Shown here piece by piece: positions 1-11,126 of a DNA stretch of 64,000 nt. Below the pieces are notes generated by a model. The model did not search any database. It saw only the letters and a program-made list of their open reading frames with translations, and was not told the DNA's origin. Every line of letters begins with the position of its first letter. The first letter of the stretch is position 1. The stretch is from Eledone cirrhosa. Lineage: Eukaryota. Made by a program: the position numbers and the translations under genes. The stretch lies in the NCBI GenBank assembly GCA_964016885.1, contig OZ024749.1, positions 2,604,001 to 2,668,000 of the forward strand, read 5' to 3'.

Positions 1-55
1 TGTATGTATATCTGTATGAGTATGTATATATGTGCTATGTATGTATGTATGTGCT

Positions 56-515
56 ATGTCGGGTCACTCTTGAGTGTTACTGGTAACATGTAACCCAGTA
101 CTATCTGTCGCATGGTCGGGTCATCGGCGACTAAACCGGAAACCCACCAAGTTTACTTGGTGAGGAGGGTGATTTTGGACACCCTGCAGGACAAATATCA
201 AAACCTGACAAAGGGCGGAAGAAATCATATGAGTCAAAGGCCAAGTAAAAGTGTTTAAATATGTATATAGACATGTACCGCGAGCTTAAACCACTGGGAG
301 TGAAGGACCCTAACCTTTGTCAGGGCATACTTCTAGGAGAAGGCAACTCAGGAAACTGGGATGACTCCGATATAAAACCTGTGGCTAAGTAGTTACCGAT
401 GATGTTGATCTTTTCTTCTTTTCGGGTTATAGCTACTATCGCTCAGAGAGTGGGATTGGCTCAGTGCACAGTCTTTCTTTAAAAAATATCTTCACGCACA
501 GGCATTGCACGATAG
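56..515 (+). mobile_element. Probable RTE-clade LINE 5'UTR-derived (non-autonomous) fragment
   Basis: GC-richer island between microsatellites. It contains CTAGGAGAAGGCAACTC...AAACCTG, which resembles RTE 5' UTR motifs (recalled, not searched). Confidence 0.3.
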
Positions 516-784
516 AATTAATTAATAATTTTTAATAGTGGTATATCGTTGAATGACCATACTTGATAACGATGGGGCAGCCATCATGTGTTATGTATGT
601 ATGCATGTGTGTATGTATGTGCTGTGCTTTAGTTCACACAATACTTTATCTCTCGATGACATCGCGACTCTGTCAACTGTAAAGTACTATCTCATTAGCT
701 GCAACTATTTAATTAATTTCACTTGGTCTGTATTTCTATACCATGTAACTAGATATAAACATGGGTGTGTATGTCATTGTACAG

Positions 785-842
<58 letters not shown>

Positions 843-989
843 GAGAATATTGATTGAATCAAACATCAGGGAAATATAGCAGTGTATAATTAAAATGAAA
901 ATAGTTATGGAGTCACATAACACTGAATACATGGAGGTGTTTACACACACACACACACACATTATATATATATATATATATATATATAG

Positions 990-1025
<36 letters not shown>

Positions 1026-1227
1026 ATATTGAAGCATAGGAGAATAGTGAAATGATGTTTGGTGCGGAGTGGGATGGCGCTTTCATCAGACCAAGTGTGA
1101 ACCAGATTTCGTAATAGATAAATATTACATTTTAGACAAAAGTAGTGGAAGACTGCTGAAATAAAAGCAGTCAACTATATATATATATATGTATATATAT
1201 ATTTAAATATATATATATATATATATT

Positions 1228-1537
1228 TAAAGGTTAAACAAGGTTCAATGAATAGATCAGAGAATGAGTTTTACAATAGATTGGAAGCACTCAACAGCTG
1301 GTTTTCCGGAGTTATTATTATTAATTCAAAATATTAACACAAATAGACATTCCTGTGATCAAGTTTATTTTATTATACATATTTCAGAAGTACTGTGCTA
1401 TGCCGGGGTATGTCATGCATCATCTTATTTTATCTGATGAGGACGTACTGTTGAAGTTAACTCAGTACCTCTGAAATATGTAGAATAAAATATACTTGAT
1501 CAGACGAATGTCTATTTTTGTTAATATTTTGAATTAA
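1228..1537 (-). mobile_element. Penelope-like (PLE) truncated insertion: inverted pLTR piece, forward piece and tail, in (TA)n
   Basis: Imperfect inverted repeat 1321-1395/1463-1537 with a hammerhead motif in the right part. The minus-strand tail reads ACTCCGG...CTGTTGAGTGC. (TA)n lies on both sides. Confidence 0.65.
1426..1492 (+). ncRNA. Type I minimal hammerhead ribozyme motif (cleavage-site U mutated to G)
   Basis: tattttat-CTGATGA-ggacgtactg..cagtacctct-GAAA-tatgta-GA-ataaaata. The inverted arm keeps TA at the cleavage position. Confidence 0.6.
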
Positions 1538-1548
1538 TATATATATAT

Positions 1549-1760
1549 ATAGGAACCAGTAAGACCCCGACGGCTGAGCTCAAGCCGTTTCGAAGGCTAA
1601 TTCTGGACTAAAAAATTTTTTAGTCCAGAATTAGCCGTCGAAACGGCTTGAGCTCAGCCGTCGGGGTCTTACTGGTTCCTATTACCCACTCTACTACCCA
1701 AAGTATTGAGTACTTTGGTGCGTTATGGTCCACCTGGTTCCTTACCACATTTCCTTCGTT
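1549..1760 (+). mobile_element. Fold-back element family P1 (PLE-like 3' end), (TA)n-inserted
   Basis: Loopless palindrome 1549-1682 centred on AAAAAA/TTTTTT (about 67-bp arms, 1 mismatch), followed by a unique tail ending CCTTCGTT(AT)n. Other copies lie at 2391, 47824 and 60120. Confidence 0.75.
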
Positions 1761-1829
1761 ATATATATATATATATATATACATAGAAATATATATATAT
1801 GATATATATATAATAATGATAATAATAAT

Positions 1830-2029
1830 TGCTTCTACTCAAGGCCGGCAATTTCAAGGAGAGGTGAAAGTCGATTAAATCAACCCCAGTGTATTACTGA
1901 TACTTTATTTATCGATCACATAAGTATGACAGGCAAAGTTAACATCGGCGGGATTTGAACTCAGACTGTAAAGGGTCGCACCTCTATGCATGGTGTCCGA
2001 CCTTCTACCGATACTGCCAACCCACCCGC
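1830..2029 (-). mobile_element. tRNA-derived SINE, family A
   Basis: The minus strand has A-box-like TGGCAGTATCGG, B-box-like GAGTTCAAATCC and the family core (..GATAAAATAAAGTATCAGTAAT). Confidence 0.85.
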
Positions 2030-2347
2030 ATTGTAAGAAATATCAACGAATGAAAACAAGACACAATGAAAAGAAAAAGTTTTTAAGAAACTTTTAAAAA
2101 TATTTTTTTGAAAAAACACAAAAAAACCCCAAAAAGCGAAAGTCACAGGACTTCGAGGTCTTCAGCCGTCATGATGGACGTGTGGCAGATTCGACCCATA
2201 CCGACGGTACTGTTTGTCCACCCGAGGTCATAGTGTCTGACACAAGACAGGGTGATGTCCATGGTGTAAGAGACTAGACAGAACAATAACTTCATGCAAT
2301 TAAGATATAACTTGAACATATATTTTATGTAACGACTAAAAGGTAAG

Positions 2348-2390
<43 letters not shown>

Positions 2391-2393
<3 letters not shown>

Positions 2394-2528
2394 CAAAGGA
2401 AATGTGGTAAGGAACCAGATGGACCATAATGCACCAGAGTACTCAATACTTAGGGTAGTAGAGTGGGAAATAGGAAAAAGTATGACCCCGACGGCAGAGC
2501 TCAAGCCGTTTCGACGTTTCGCCGTCGA
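2391..2528 (-). mobile_element. Family P1 copy without inverted arm
   Basis: Reverse complement of about 1637-1760 with several substitutions, flanked by (TA)n. Confidence 0.75.
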
Positions 2529-2542
2529 ATATATATATATAT

Positions 2543-2815
2543 ATAAGCAAATGAAATATTTAATTTGTTGGTAATTCAACAAATATATATATTTAAAACT
2601 GATTCGAAGCACTCGACAGGTTTTCTGGAGTATAATATAAAAAAACAAAAAAAACTTGAACGTTTAAGATCTCATTCCTGGATATGTCAATATTTATAAA
2701 ACAAACTTTGTATTTTATCTGATGAGAGCGTACCAAAGTGTTGGTACCCTTGAAATATATATAATAGAATAAATATGGTTTTATAAATATAGTTTCCATT
2801 TGTTAATATCATTAA
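2543..2815 (-). mobile_element. PLE-like truncated insertion with inverted HHR segment
   Basis: The tail (2543-2638) is on the minus strand and the HHR segment is on the plus strand. The same two segments are colinear at 63622-63797. Confidence 0.65.
2711..2771 (+). ncRNA. Type I minimal hammerhead ribozyme
   Basis: tattttat-CTGATGA-gagcgtaccaa(agtg)ttggtaccctt-GAAA-tatata-TA-atagaata. All core nucleotides, stems I and II and a palindromic stem III are present. Confidence 0.8.
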
Positions 2816-3084
2816 TATATATATAATATATATGACCAGGAATGCTTTCTGTGAAAATCAGTCATATGGAACTATTGTGAGCTTGACTGACGGTTTGAAC
2901 TTTACAACACCACCTGCCTCTTTGAGCTCAAATACCAACCCTACTAGCATCTAGAAACTGACCAATGAGAATCAAGACTATTCCTGCTGACAACATTAAA
3001 TTATTCCTAACAAGCTCATATGTCCCAAGGCTCTGATACAATCAACACTATAAACACAGAGCTGACATATCTAAGAACTGACTA

Positions 3085-3140
3085 ACTGCCTGATGAGGTC
3101 ATAGCCATTCAATGGCTATCATCAAAATATATATAGCAGT
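3085..3140 (+). ncRNA. Degenerate hammerhead motif (G12 lost)
   Basis: actgc-CTGATGA-ggtcatagccat(tca)atggctatcatc-AAAA-tatata-TA-gcagt. Stems I and II are intact but GAAA reads AAAA. Confidence 0.6.
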
Positions 3141-3181
3141 AAATAAAGGATTATGAGTTCATGCAATTGACTTATGTTTCG

Positions 3182-3213
<32 letters not shown>

Positions 3214-3616
3214 CGTGAACACACTATAACGCCCATATATCTATCTATCTATACACACACGCACATAAATATATATGCATACGATCATAGACACACATAT
3301 ATTCCTACATATTGGATGTTGAACCTGTCAGTATAATCCTTGTGTATCCTTATGCAAATATCGACCACCCGACCAACCATTACTACAACATTAAAGACTG
3401 CAGTGTATACTAACACAACTCTACTAGTAAAGTCTACAACGTCTTTATGATTGAACAATTCTTGAATGACATGATTTAATAGCAGCTAGGCGTTGTGTGG
3501 TCGTTTTAGGTTTTAAGCTGCACCCTAAGGGTTTTTTTGTTTTGTTTTGTTTTCTACTAGCTTGTGTATCCTCAGGTGAACAATCCAAAATTTAACTGAT
3601 TATTTCACACATGAGG

Positions 3617-3790
3617 GCGGCGAATTGGCAAATTTGTTTTAACGTTGGATCGAATGTTTTGTGCAATTCGTTCCAGCTCTTTTGAGCTCCGAGTTCTTGT
3701 TCAAGTACAGCCAAGGTCAAGGTCGCCTTTCATCTTTTCGAGGTCAATAAAATAAATAAAAACAATACCTATATGTTACTGGATTGATTC
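3617..3790 (+). mobile_element. SINE family A, degenerate
   Basis: GGCGGCGAATTGGC head and GCCTTTCATCTTTTCGAGGTCAATAAAATAA core. Confidence 0.6.
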
Positions 3791-3968
3791 TACTTCTATA
3801 TCATTTTCTTACTCCTTCTCTCTCGCTGGAGGAAGTCTGCTGTGTTCTGACATTGAGAGGAATGACATTCGCCTGGTTTAAAATACCCAAGAAACGCTGT
3901 ATGGTCACTACAGCACTACTTTGACACCATTAGGAATTAGACGTCATTACATTATATAAATGAAAGAG

Positions 3969-4185
3969 GGCGGTGGATTGGCAGTATCGGTAGAGGGTCG
4001 GACGCCATGCTTTGCAGTATAGAGTTATGGCAGCCCTTTATGATTTGAGTTCAAATCCCGCCGAGGTTAACTTTGCCTTTCATCCTTACGGGGTCATTAA
4101 AATAAAGTACTAGTCACGTACTGGGCTCGTTTTAATCAACTTTCCTCTCCCCCAAAATTTCTGGCCTTGGGCCTATATAAGAAAC
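3969..4185 (+). mobile_element. Full-length tRNA-derived SINE family A with 17-bp TSD
   Basis: A/B boxes and core GCCTTTCATCCTTACGGGGTC..AAAATAAAGTAC. Direct repeat CATTATATAAATGAAAG at 3950-3966 and 4186-4202. Confidence 0.9.
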
Positions 4186-5110
4186 CATTATATAAATGAA
4201 AGCATGATGTAATTTTATTTACAATACAGGACGCTTGTCTATGGCGTATTACGTCAGCCACATTGCCGTATTCTACTTATAGCCTTCTAGCTGACTGTGG
4301 AACTTGCATTGCTGGAGTGGAACTTGCATAGGAAAATTTTACGGGATGCCGCTATGTGCGTATATGTGTATGTACTTGCATGTGTGTACGTATTGAACGT
4401 GAGCGCGTGTGTGTATGTACGTATGTGTATGTTTGTGCATGCGTGTGTACATGTGTGTGTATGCGTGCATACAAGTGTACAAGTGTGTGCGAGCATATGG
4501 GACTTACCAAGCTGGTATTGGATTTAGCGCCGCTGAACTTTAATTGTTGAAAGGAGAAGGCGACAGATTTTACTTTATTATGGATATGTCAGAAATTATT
4601 AAACCAAACAGTAACACTGAGAGAAAAGACTAAATCTTCCGCTATTAACAGTAACACGAATGATTTCTGTGGCCTGGCCTAGCCTGAGCTGTAGCGTGTT
4701 TGCTGTAACAACTAAATGAATGCTGGAGAGACATATATATATATATAAAACTATAAAAGGCCGCCGGACTGAAAATATCCCTTTAAAGATTTAATGTTTA
4801 AATAAAAAACACTATACATATTTCAATGATCTAGTTACATCATCCGATTACGACGTAAAACCTTCGAGACATCATCAGGTATGGACTGGATAATACTTTA
4901 AACACAAACAGAGAATAGAGAATATACTTGGTTCGGAGATGGCGCCCGAATTCGGTGTTGTTGCGGCAATATCACCGAATTCGTGAGCCATCCCGTTCAT
5001 GCTATTTTCATTTAACTTTCAGTACACGTGATAGCTGTCTGACGTTACATAACAGTTACAATACGTATAACAGCAATTATTTAAATTCTAATCTACTGAC
5101 TTTTATTTCA

Positions 5111-5160
<50 letters not shown>

Positions 5161-5501
5161 CGGGTGCCTGTACATTCCTAAAAAATATGCATCGGCATCA
5201 GGAATATTGTCCCCCCCCCCACGCCACATATCTGAAGAATGTGAATGTTCGGGTCTACTAATATCTGCCCAGCCTGCAAGACTTCCATATCCACGGTACG
5301 AATGTTGTATAATAGGAGAGCAAGAAATGTGCCGTTAACACACATTCACAAGAAAATATTTGTGTGATTCAAAAATATCTCATATTTGTGGAGCTTTACA
5401 CTAATTGATGGAAACTAAAGTCTGTTAAATGTTTTCTGAAATCAGGATCTTTTTTTTCTAACCAGTATTCCCATAGTATGCTATGTGTTTTCTATTACTT
5501 C

Positions 5502-6164
5502 ATTCTAACAAGATCCGACGAGTCGTACTCGCTGTTGGTGATTCTAACAATATCTCGCGAGTTGTACTCGCTGTTGGTGATTCTTACGAGATCCGACGAG
5601 TCGTACTCGCTGTTGGTGATTCTAACAAGATCTCGCGAGTTGTACTCGCTGTTGGTGATTCTTACGAGATCCGACGAGTTGTACTCGCTGTTGGTGATTG
5701 TAACAAGATCTCGCGAGTTGTACTCGCTGTTGGTGATTCTTACGAGATCCGACGAGTTGTACTCGCTGTTGGTGATTCTAACAATATCTCGCGAGTTGTA
5801 CTCGCTGTTGGTGATTCTTACGAGATCCGACGAGTCGTACTCGCTGTTGGTGATTCTAACAAGATCTCGCGAGTTGTACTCGCTGTTGGTGATTCTTACG
5901 AGATCCGACGAGTCGTACTCGCTGTTGGTGATTCTAACAAGATCTCGCGAGTTGTACTCGCTGTTGGTGATTCTTACGAGATCCGACGAGTCGTACTCGC
6001 TGTTGGTGATTCTAACAAGATCTCGCGAGTTGTACTCGCTGTTGGTGATTCTTACGAGATCCGACGAGTTGTACTCGCTGTTGGTGATTCTTACGAGATC
6101 CGACGAGTTGTACTCGCTGTTGGTGATTCTTACGAGATCCGACGAGTTGTACTCGCTGTTGGTG
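5502..6164. repeat. 39-bp minisatellite (~17 units) with alternating A/B variants (78-bp higher order)
   Basis: GAGT(T/C)GTACTCGCTGTTGGTGATTCT followed by AACAAGATCTCGC or TACGAGATCCGAC. Confidence 0.95.
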
Positions 6165-6689
6165 TTTGAGAAATAAGACGTAGATTCAAATATTTACTAT
6201 CGTTATCTCTATAAAGTCACTTATTTTCACACACATACACACACATATTGAGAGAGACAGATAGTTGAAATGGCATACTGGGACAGAGACAATAAAACAC
6301 AATCATATTCGTATATCCACACAAACACACACAAACACACACACACACACGCATATGTACTCATTTATACAAGCACTAAAAGTACATAGACATACATACA
6401 AATACATACACACATATATAATATAATATATACACATGAATAGACATATTGCTGAATAGAAAAAACAGGACAGCGTAGATTGACATAGGTAAATATTTAA
6501 GTCGGGGTTACTAGAAGAAAATAATCGCAACTCAAATTTCACACACACACACTTACAGACACATACACACATACATACACAGATACACATTCAGACACAC
6601 CCATACACATACAGACACACACGCACACATACACACCCACACAAAGTCATCATCATAGTCATTGTTATTATTAAAAGAAACCATTATCA

Positions 6690-7075
6690 TCATCATCATT
6701 ACAACTACTGCCAATGCTACTACTATTAGTACTTCAACCACTACTACTACCACTACTACCACTACTATTAGTACTACTACCACCACTATTAGTACTACTA
6801 CCACCACTATTAGTACTACTACCACCACTAACTGTCAATGCTACTACTACTACCACCACCACCACTAGCAGTACTACCAACACTACTACTACTACCATTA
6901 CTACTATTGTTACAACTTCTATCACCACCACCACTACCACCACCCCCACTACTACTTCCCCCACAACTACTTCACACCACCCCCACAACTACCACCACCA
7001 CCACCACCACCACCAATAGTAGTAGTAGTGGTGGTGGTACCACTACCACCGCCACTACCACTACTACTACTATGT
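6690..7075. repeat. (CTA/CCA)n compound trinucleotide tract
   Basis: Visible directly. Confidence 0.9.
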
Positions 7076-7159
7076 TGTAACCTATTGATCCTGATACAAT
7101 CAATTTTTATTTGTTTGCTATTTTTCGCTGTCTCCGTCTAACAGACTTGATGATCTCCT

Positions 7160-7174
7160 GTGTATATATATATG

Positions 7175-7255
<81 letters not shown>

Positions 7256-7436
7256 GTGTATATATATATAAATATGTGTGTGTATATATATATATATATG
7301 TATATATATATGTGTATATATATATGTATATATATATGTGTATATATATATGTATATATATGTGTATATATATATATGTGTATATATATATATATGTGTA
7401 TATATATGTATATATATATATATATATATGTGTATA

Positions 7437-7474
<38 letters not shown>

Positions 7475-7703
7475 TATATATGTATATATATATGTGTATA
7501 TATATGTATATATATATGTATATATATATATATATATCATACACACATATATACACATATATATATTTGTCACATCTGTCTAACATGCTGATCTCGTGCG
7601 TATATATGTGTATATACATATATATATATATCATTCACACACACATATATATATATATATATATACATGTGCATACGTACCTTATATATAGATATATATA
7701 TAT
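7160..7703. repeat. (TA)/(TG) compound microsatellite
   Basis: Visible directly. It is the source of the YI/CV ORFs. Confidence 0.95.
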
Positions 7704-7779
7704 AGGGTGTCCAATACAATGTATACACAGTTTTATTAGAATGTTGTTGAACTGAGTATACATTTTTTCGGAACACCCT
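7704..7779. mobile_element. Tiny Tc1/mariner-like MITE remnant
   Basis: AGGGTGTCC..AATGTATACACAGTT / AACTGAGTATACATT..GAACACCCT inverted termini in a TA context. Confidence 0.5.
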
Positions 7780-7781
7780 TA

Positions 7782-7815
<34 letters not shown>

Positions 7816-8032
7816 TATATATACTCACACACATGTGTGAGTCTATATGTGTTATATACAAGTATACGTACATTTATATATATATATATACGAACATATA
7901 CATATAAGCATAACACCGTACGCAGGCAGACAAAAACTCAAAAATCTATGTATATATATACTGATGGCATCAGTATGTTTTTCAGGCAGATGTTGACAGC
8001 AAAATATTTTCTTCGTGTAAACATACACACAA

Positions 8033-8072
<40 letters not shown>

Positions 8073-8128
8073 CTTATCTCTCAATATATATATATATATA
8101 TTCATATATATATAAATATATATAATAT

Positions 8129-8392
8129 ATAAGAACAAAAGTTGGTTAAAGGAGTTCCATGTATTTTATTATGCGCATTTCAAAAACAAATATCATCATG
8201 CAATAATATTTGTGTTTTCATCAGATAAAACAGGAAGACATGATATGAAGGTTAAAAAACACTTGTGGATAGTTCAGTTTTAAATCAACATATCTTATAT
8301 ATTATGTATACTCCAGTCCTACAAACTGTAGAGTGCTTCTTATCCGATATCTGCATTGCTTTATTGTACTACAATAAAACTCACCTCCTACA
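8129..8392 (+). mobile_element. PLE-like truncated insertion (family P2): inverted HHR segment plus forward tail
   Basis: HHR on the minus strand and tail TACTCCAG..CTGTAGAGTGC on the plus strand, with (TA)n flanks. Relatives lie at 8474, 41679 and 59046. Confidence 0.7.
8162..8230 (-). ncRNA. Type I minimal hammerhead ribozyme
   Basis: Minus strand: ttttat-CTGATGA-aaacacaaatatta..gatatttgttttt-GAAA-tgcgca-TA-ataaaa. Confidence 0.8.
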
Positions 8393-8473
8393 TATAAATA
8401 TATATATATATATATAGAGATGAGTTACCTCCGATTCAACCCGGAATAACGTAAATATATATATATATATATA

Positions 8474-8872
8474 TAAGATCAAAAGATGGTTAAAAGAGTT
8501 CCATGTATTTTATTATGCGCATTTCAAAAACAAATATCATCATGGGATCATATTTGCGTTCTCATCGGATAAAATAGGGAGACATGATAGGAAGCTTAAA
8601 AAACACTTGCGAGCAGTGAACTGTTAAATCAACATATGAAAAATAAAGTAAGATGGATATATGAGATTGGGGAAAAAAAGGAGGGGGGGTAAGGAAGAGG
8701 AAGAAAGAAAATAAAGGATGACGGGGGAGGAGTATAAGATGGAAGGGTGAGAGAGGAGGAGAAATGAGTGAGAGAGAGAGAGAGAGAGAGAGCGAGAGAT
8801 AACCTTTAATACTGAGAAACACCGTCTCACAGAGAGAAATTTAAAAAAACCGTTGTAAGATAATAGATACAT
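8474..8872 (-). mobile_element. Family P2 copy with HHR variant (CCGATGA) at 8506-8575
   Basis: Aligns over about 400 bp with 59046-59455. The core carries U4->C. Confidence 0.7.
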
Positions 8873-9190
8873 TAAAAAAAAAATTGAAATTAAAAGTTAA
8901 TGAGGTTTATGAATGGTGATGCTTATGATTAAAGAAAAAGGAATTAAGAATACTATATATATTATATATATATATATATATAATATATATATATATATAT
9001 AAATTAATAAAAATAATGAATAAAAACAAAGAAACAGTTCCTTATATTAAAAAATTCATCATTTTACGATCGTTTCTAGGATATATATATTTGTGTTGGT
9101 ATGTATATCATATAGATCTATGTAAAATTTTTACAAACAATCAGAGGGAATATACATACCTACACATATATATGCTGTCTTCAGAAATAA

Positions 9191-9360
<170 letters not shown>

Positions 9361-9404
9361 CAGAATAATAATAAATGAATACATTCACATAATCAAAATA
9401 TATG

Positions 9405-9468
9405 TTTTATTATATATATTTCGAAGGTACTGTGCTGTTTTTTCAGTACGTCCTCGTCGGATAAAATA
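9405..9468 (-). ncRNA. Hammerhead motif variant (CCGACGA), same family as 1426-1492
   Basis: Minus strand: ttttat-CCGACGA-ggacgtactg..cagtaccttc-GAAA-tatata-TA-ataaaa. Confidence 0.6.
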
Positions 9469-9839
9469 CATGAACTGATGTATGACATACCTCAACTGAC
9501 TTGATGGTTCAATTCCAGTATTGGCAGTATATATATATATATATATATAGTTTCCTATCTCTCAATATATATACATAGTTTCCTACCTCTCAATCTACCT
9601 CCGTACATACAGAGTAAAATAAAATGTGTCTTTCTTTAATATAGCCAAGTTATGCATCGTTATTCTCATCATCCTATAAATTCTCCGAGCCACATTGAAA
9701 GTTACATTTATCACACACGCACGTATATATGTGTGTGTATGCATATACTGTGTGTGTGTGTGTGTGTGTGTTTGTGTTTGTGTGTGTGTTTGTGTTTGTG
9801 TGTTTGTGTGTGTGTTTGTGTGCGTGTGCGTGTGCGTGC

Positions 9840-9879
<40 letters not shown>

Positions 9880-10454
9880 AGTGATTTCTTCAGATAAATC
9901 CACTCTCGTTTATATTTCTTTAGTGACTGATATATCCCCCCCCCCCCCCATACAGGCTTCAATATCTGCACCTTTACATAACCACTACTGAAGCCTCCGG
10001 ACAAGATGGAGCTGGAATTATATAACTAATACTTTACCTTGAAGACATCACATGCATACATACATATACATACACACACATACATACATACACGTGTGTG
10101 TGTGTGTGTATAGAGAGAGAGGTGTTTAGGGAGGGAGAGAGGGAGGGAGGTGTTTTGGGAGGGAGGGAGGGAGAGATAGAGGGGGAAGGAGGAGGGAGAG
10201 AGAGGGAGATGTAACCAGCAGACAACCAGCGTCCATCTTTTATTTCACAGAACATAAACACACAGATCTATCAATTTCTATTTTGGGGTTTGCTATGTTT
10301 CTAAAGATATTACCTATGTCTTCGTTTAAATATGTATTTCTACTAAAAATGGTAAGTTGCTCAGTGTGTGTGTGTGCGTGTATATATGTGTGTGTATATA
10401 TATATATATATAACCAACATCTTGTGTGTGTATATATATATATATATATATAAA

Positions 10455-10740
10455 ACCAACATCTTGGTTTATGGTGAAAGGCTAAGGATCGTTGGCAGTG
10501 TTGTATATCTTGGAAGCACTCTGAGTATGTCCTGCGATCTTGACGGGGGAATATCAAACACGATACAGAAAGCCAGTGATGCTTTTGGAAAACTGAACAA
10601 GCATCTCTGGTCTCAACACGGAATTTCGGTAAAGACAAAGCTCAAAGTGTATCATGCGTGTGTGCTCGCGGCACTTCTTTATGCTTGTGAGACGTGGGTG
10701 GTCTACCGTAGACAGATGAAGCGACTTGAGAAATTCCACC
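10455..10740 (+). pseudogene. RTE-clade LINE reverse transcriptase C-terminal fragment
   Basis: Translation ..VYLGSTLS..I..IQKASDAFGKLNKHLWSQHGISVKTKLKVYHACVLAALLYACETW..RLEKFHQ is typical of the post-RT region of RTE/BovB-like LINEs. It is truncated at both ends. Confidence 0.85.
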
Positions 10741-10990
10741 AATCTTCAGGTTCATATTCTGTGGTGACAGTCAAGTTTGCAATTTTCAACTGTGAAAATG
10801 ACAGTTGAAAATTGCAAACTTGACTGTCACCACAGAATATGAACCTGAAGATTGCGAAAGCATGAAAGTACTTGTTCAATTAACACTTAATATTCTACCA
10901 TACTATTTCATTCTAATACCATTATAAATGTTAAAGGATTGTAAAGAAAACGAGTAAATCAGACAAAGTTGGAATTCCTTTTATTAATAT
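10740..10990 (+). mobile_element. PLE-like insertion with perfect 54-bp inverted repeat
   Basis: Arms 10740-10793 and 10801-10854 with a 7-nt loop. An HHR overlaps the end of the right arm. The 3' boundary is approximate. Confidence 0.7.
10840..10878 (+). ncRNA. Type I minimal hammerhead ribozyme
   Basis: tgaac-CTGAAGA-ttgc(gaaa)gcat-GAAA-gtac-TT-gttca, with palindromic AAGTACTT forming stem III. Confidence 0.85.
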
Positions 10991-11022
10991 AATCTTCTAT
11001 ACACAATCATACACACCCGTGT

Positions 11023-11126
<104 letters not shown>

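Noticed and set aside
1050-1095. Minus-strand CTGATGA followed by a weak stem
   Set aside because: GAAA is absent and stem I is not recoverable. At best it is a heavily decayed motif.
3545-3580. Minus-strand CTGAGGA..GAAA match
   Set aside because: No UH cleavage site or stem I, so probably a chance match.
3969-4065. tRNA genes suggested by A/B boxes (also 45985-46030)
   Set aside because: No cloverleaf. The boxes run directly into SINE bodies, with a TSD at the 3969 copy.
5478-6176. 232-aa and 228-aa repeat ORFs as genes
   Set aside because: They are open only because the 39-bp unit is a multiple of 3 and lacks stops. There is no unique domain and no splice evidence.
10368-10808. 146-aa ORF as an intact gene
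   Set aside because: The N-terminus is microsatellite and the C-terminus is the inserted hairpin. Only the middle is an RT remnant.
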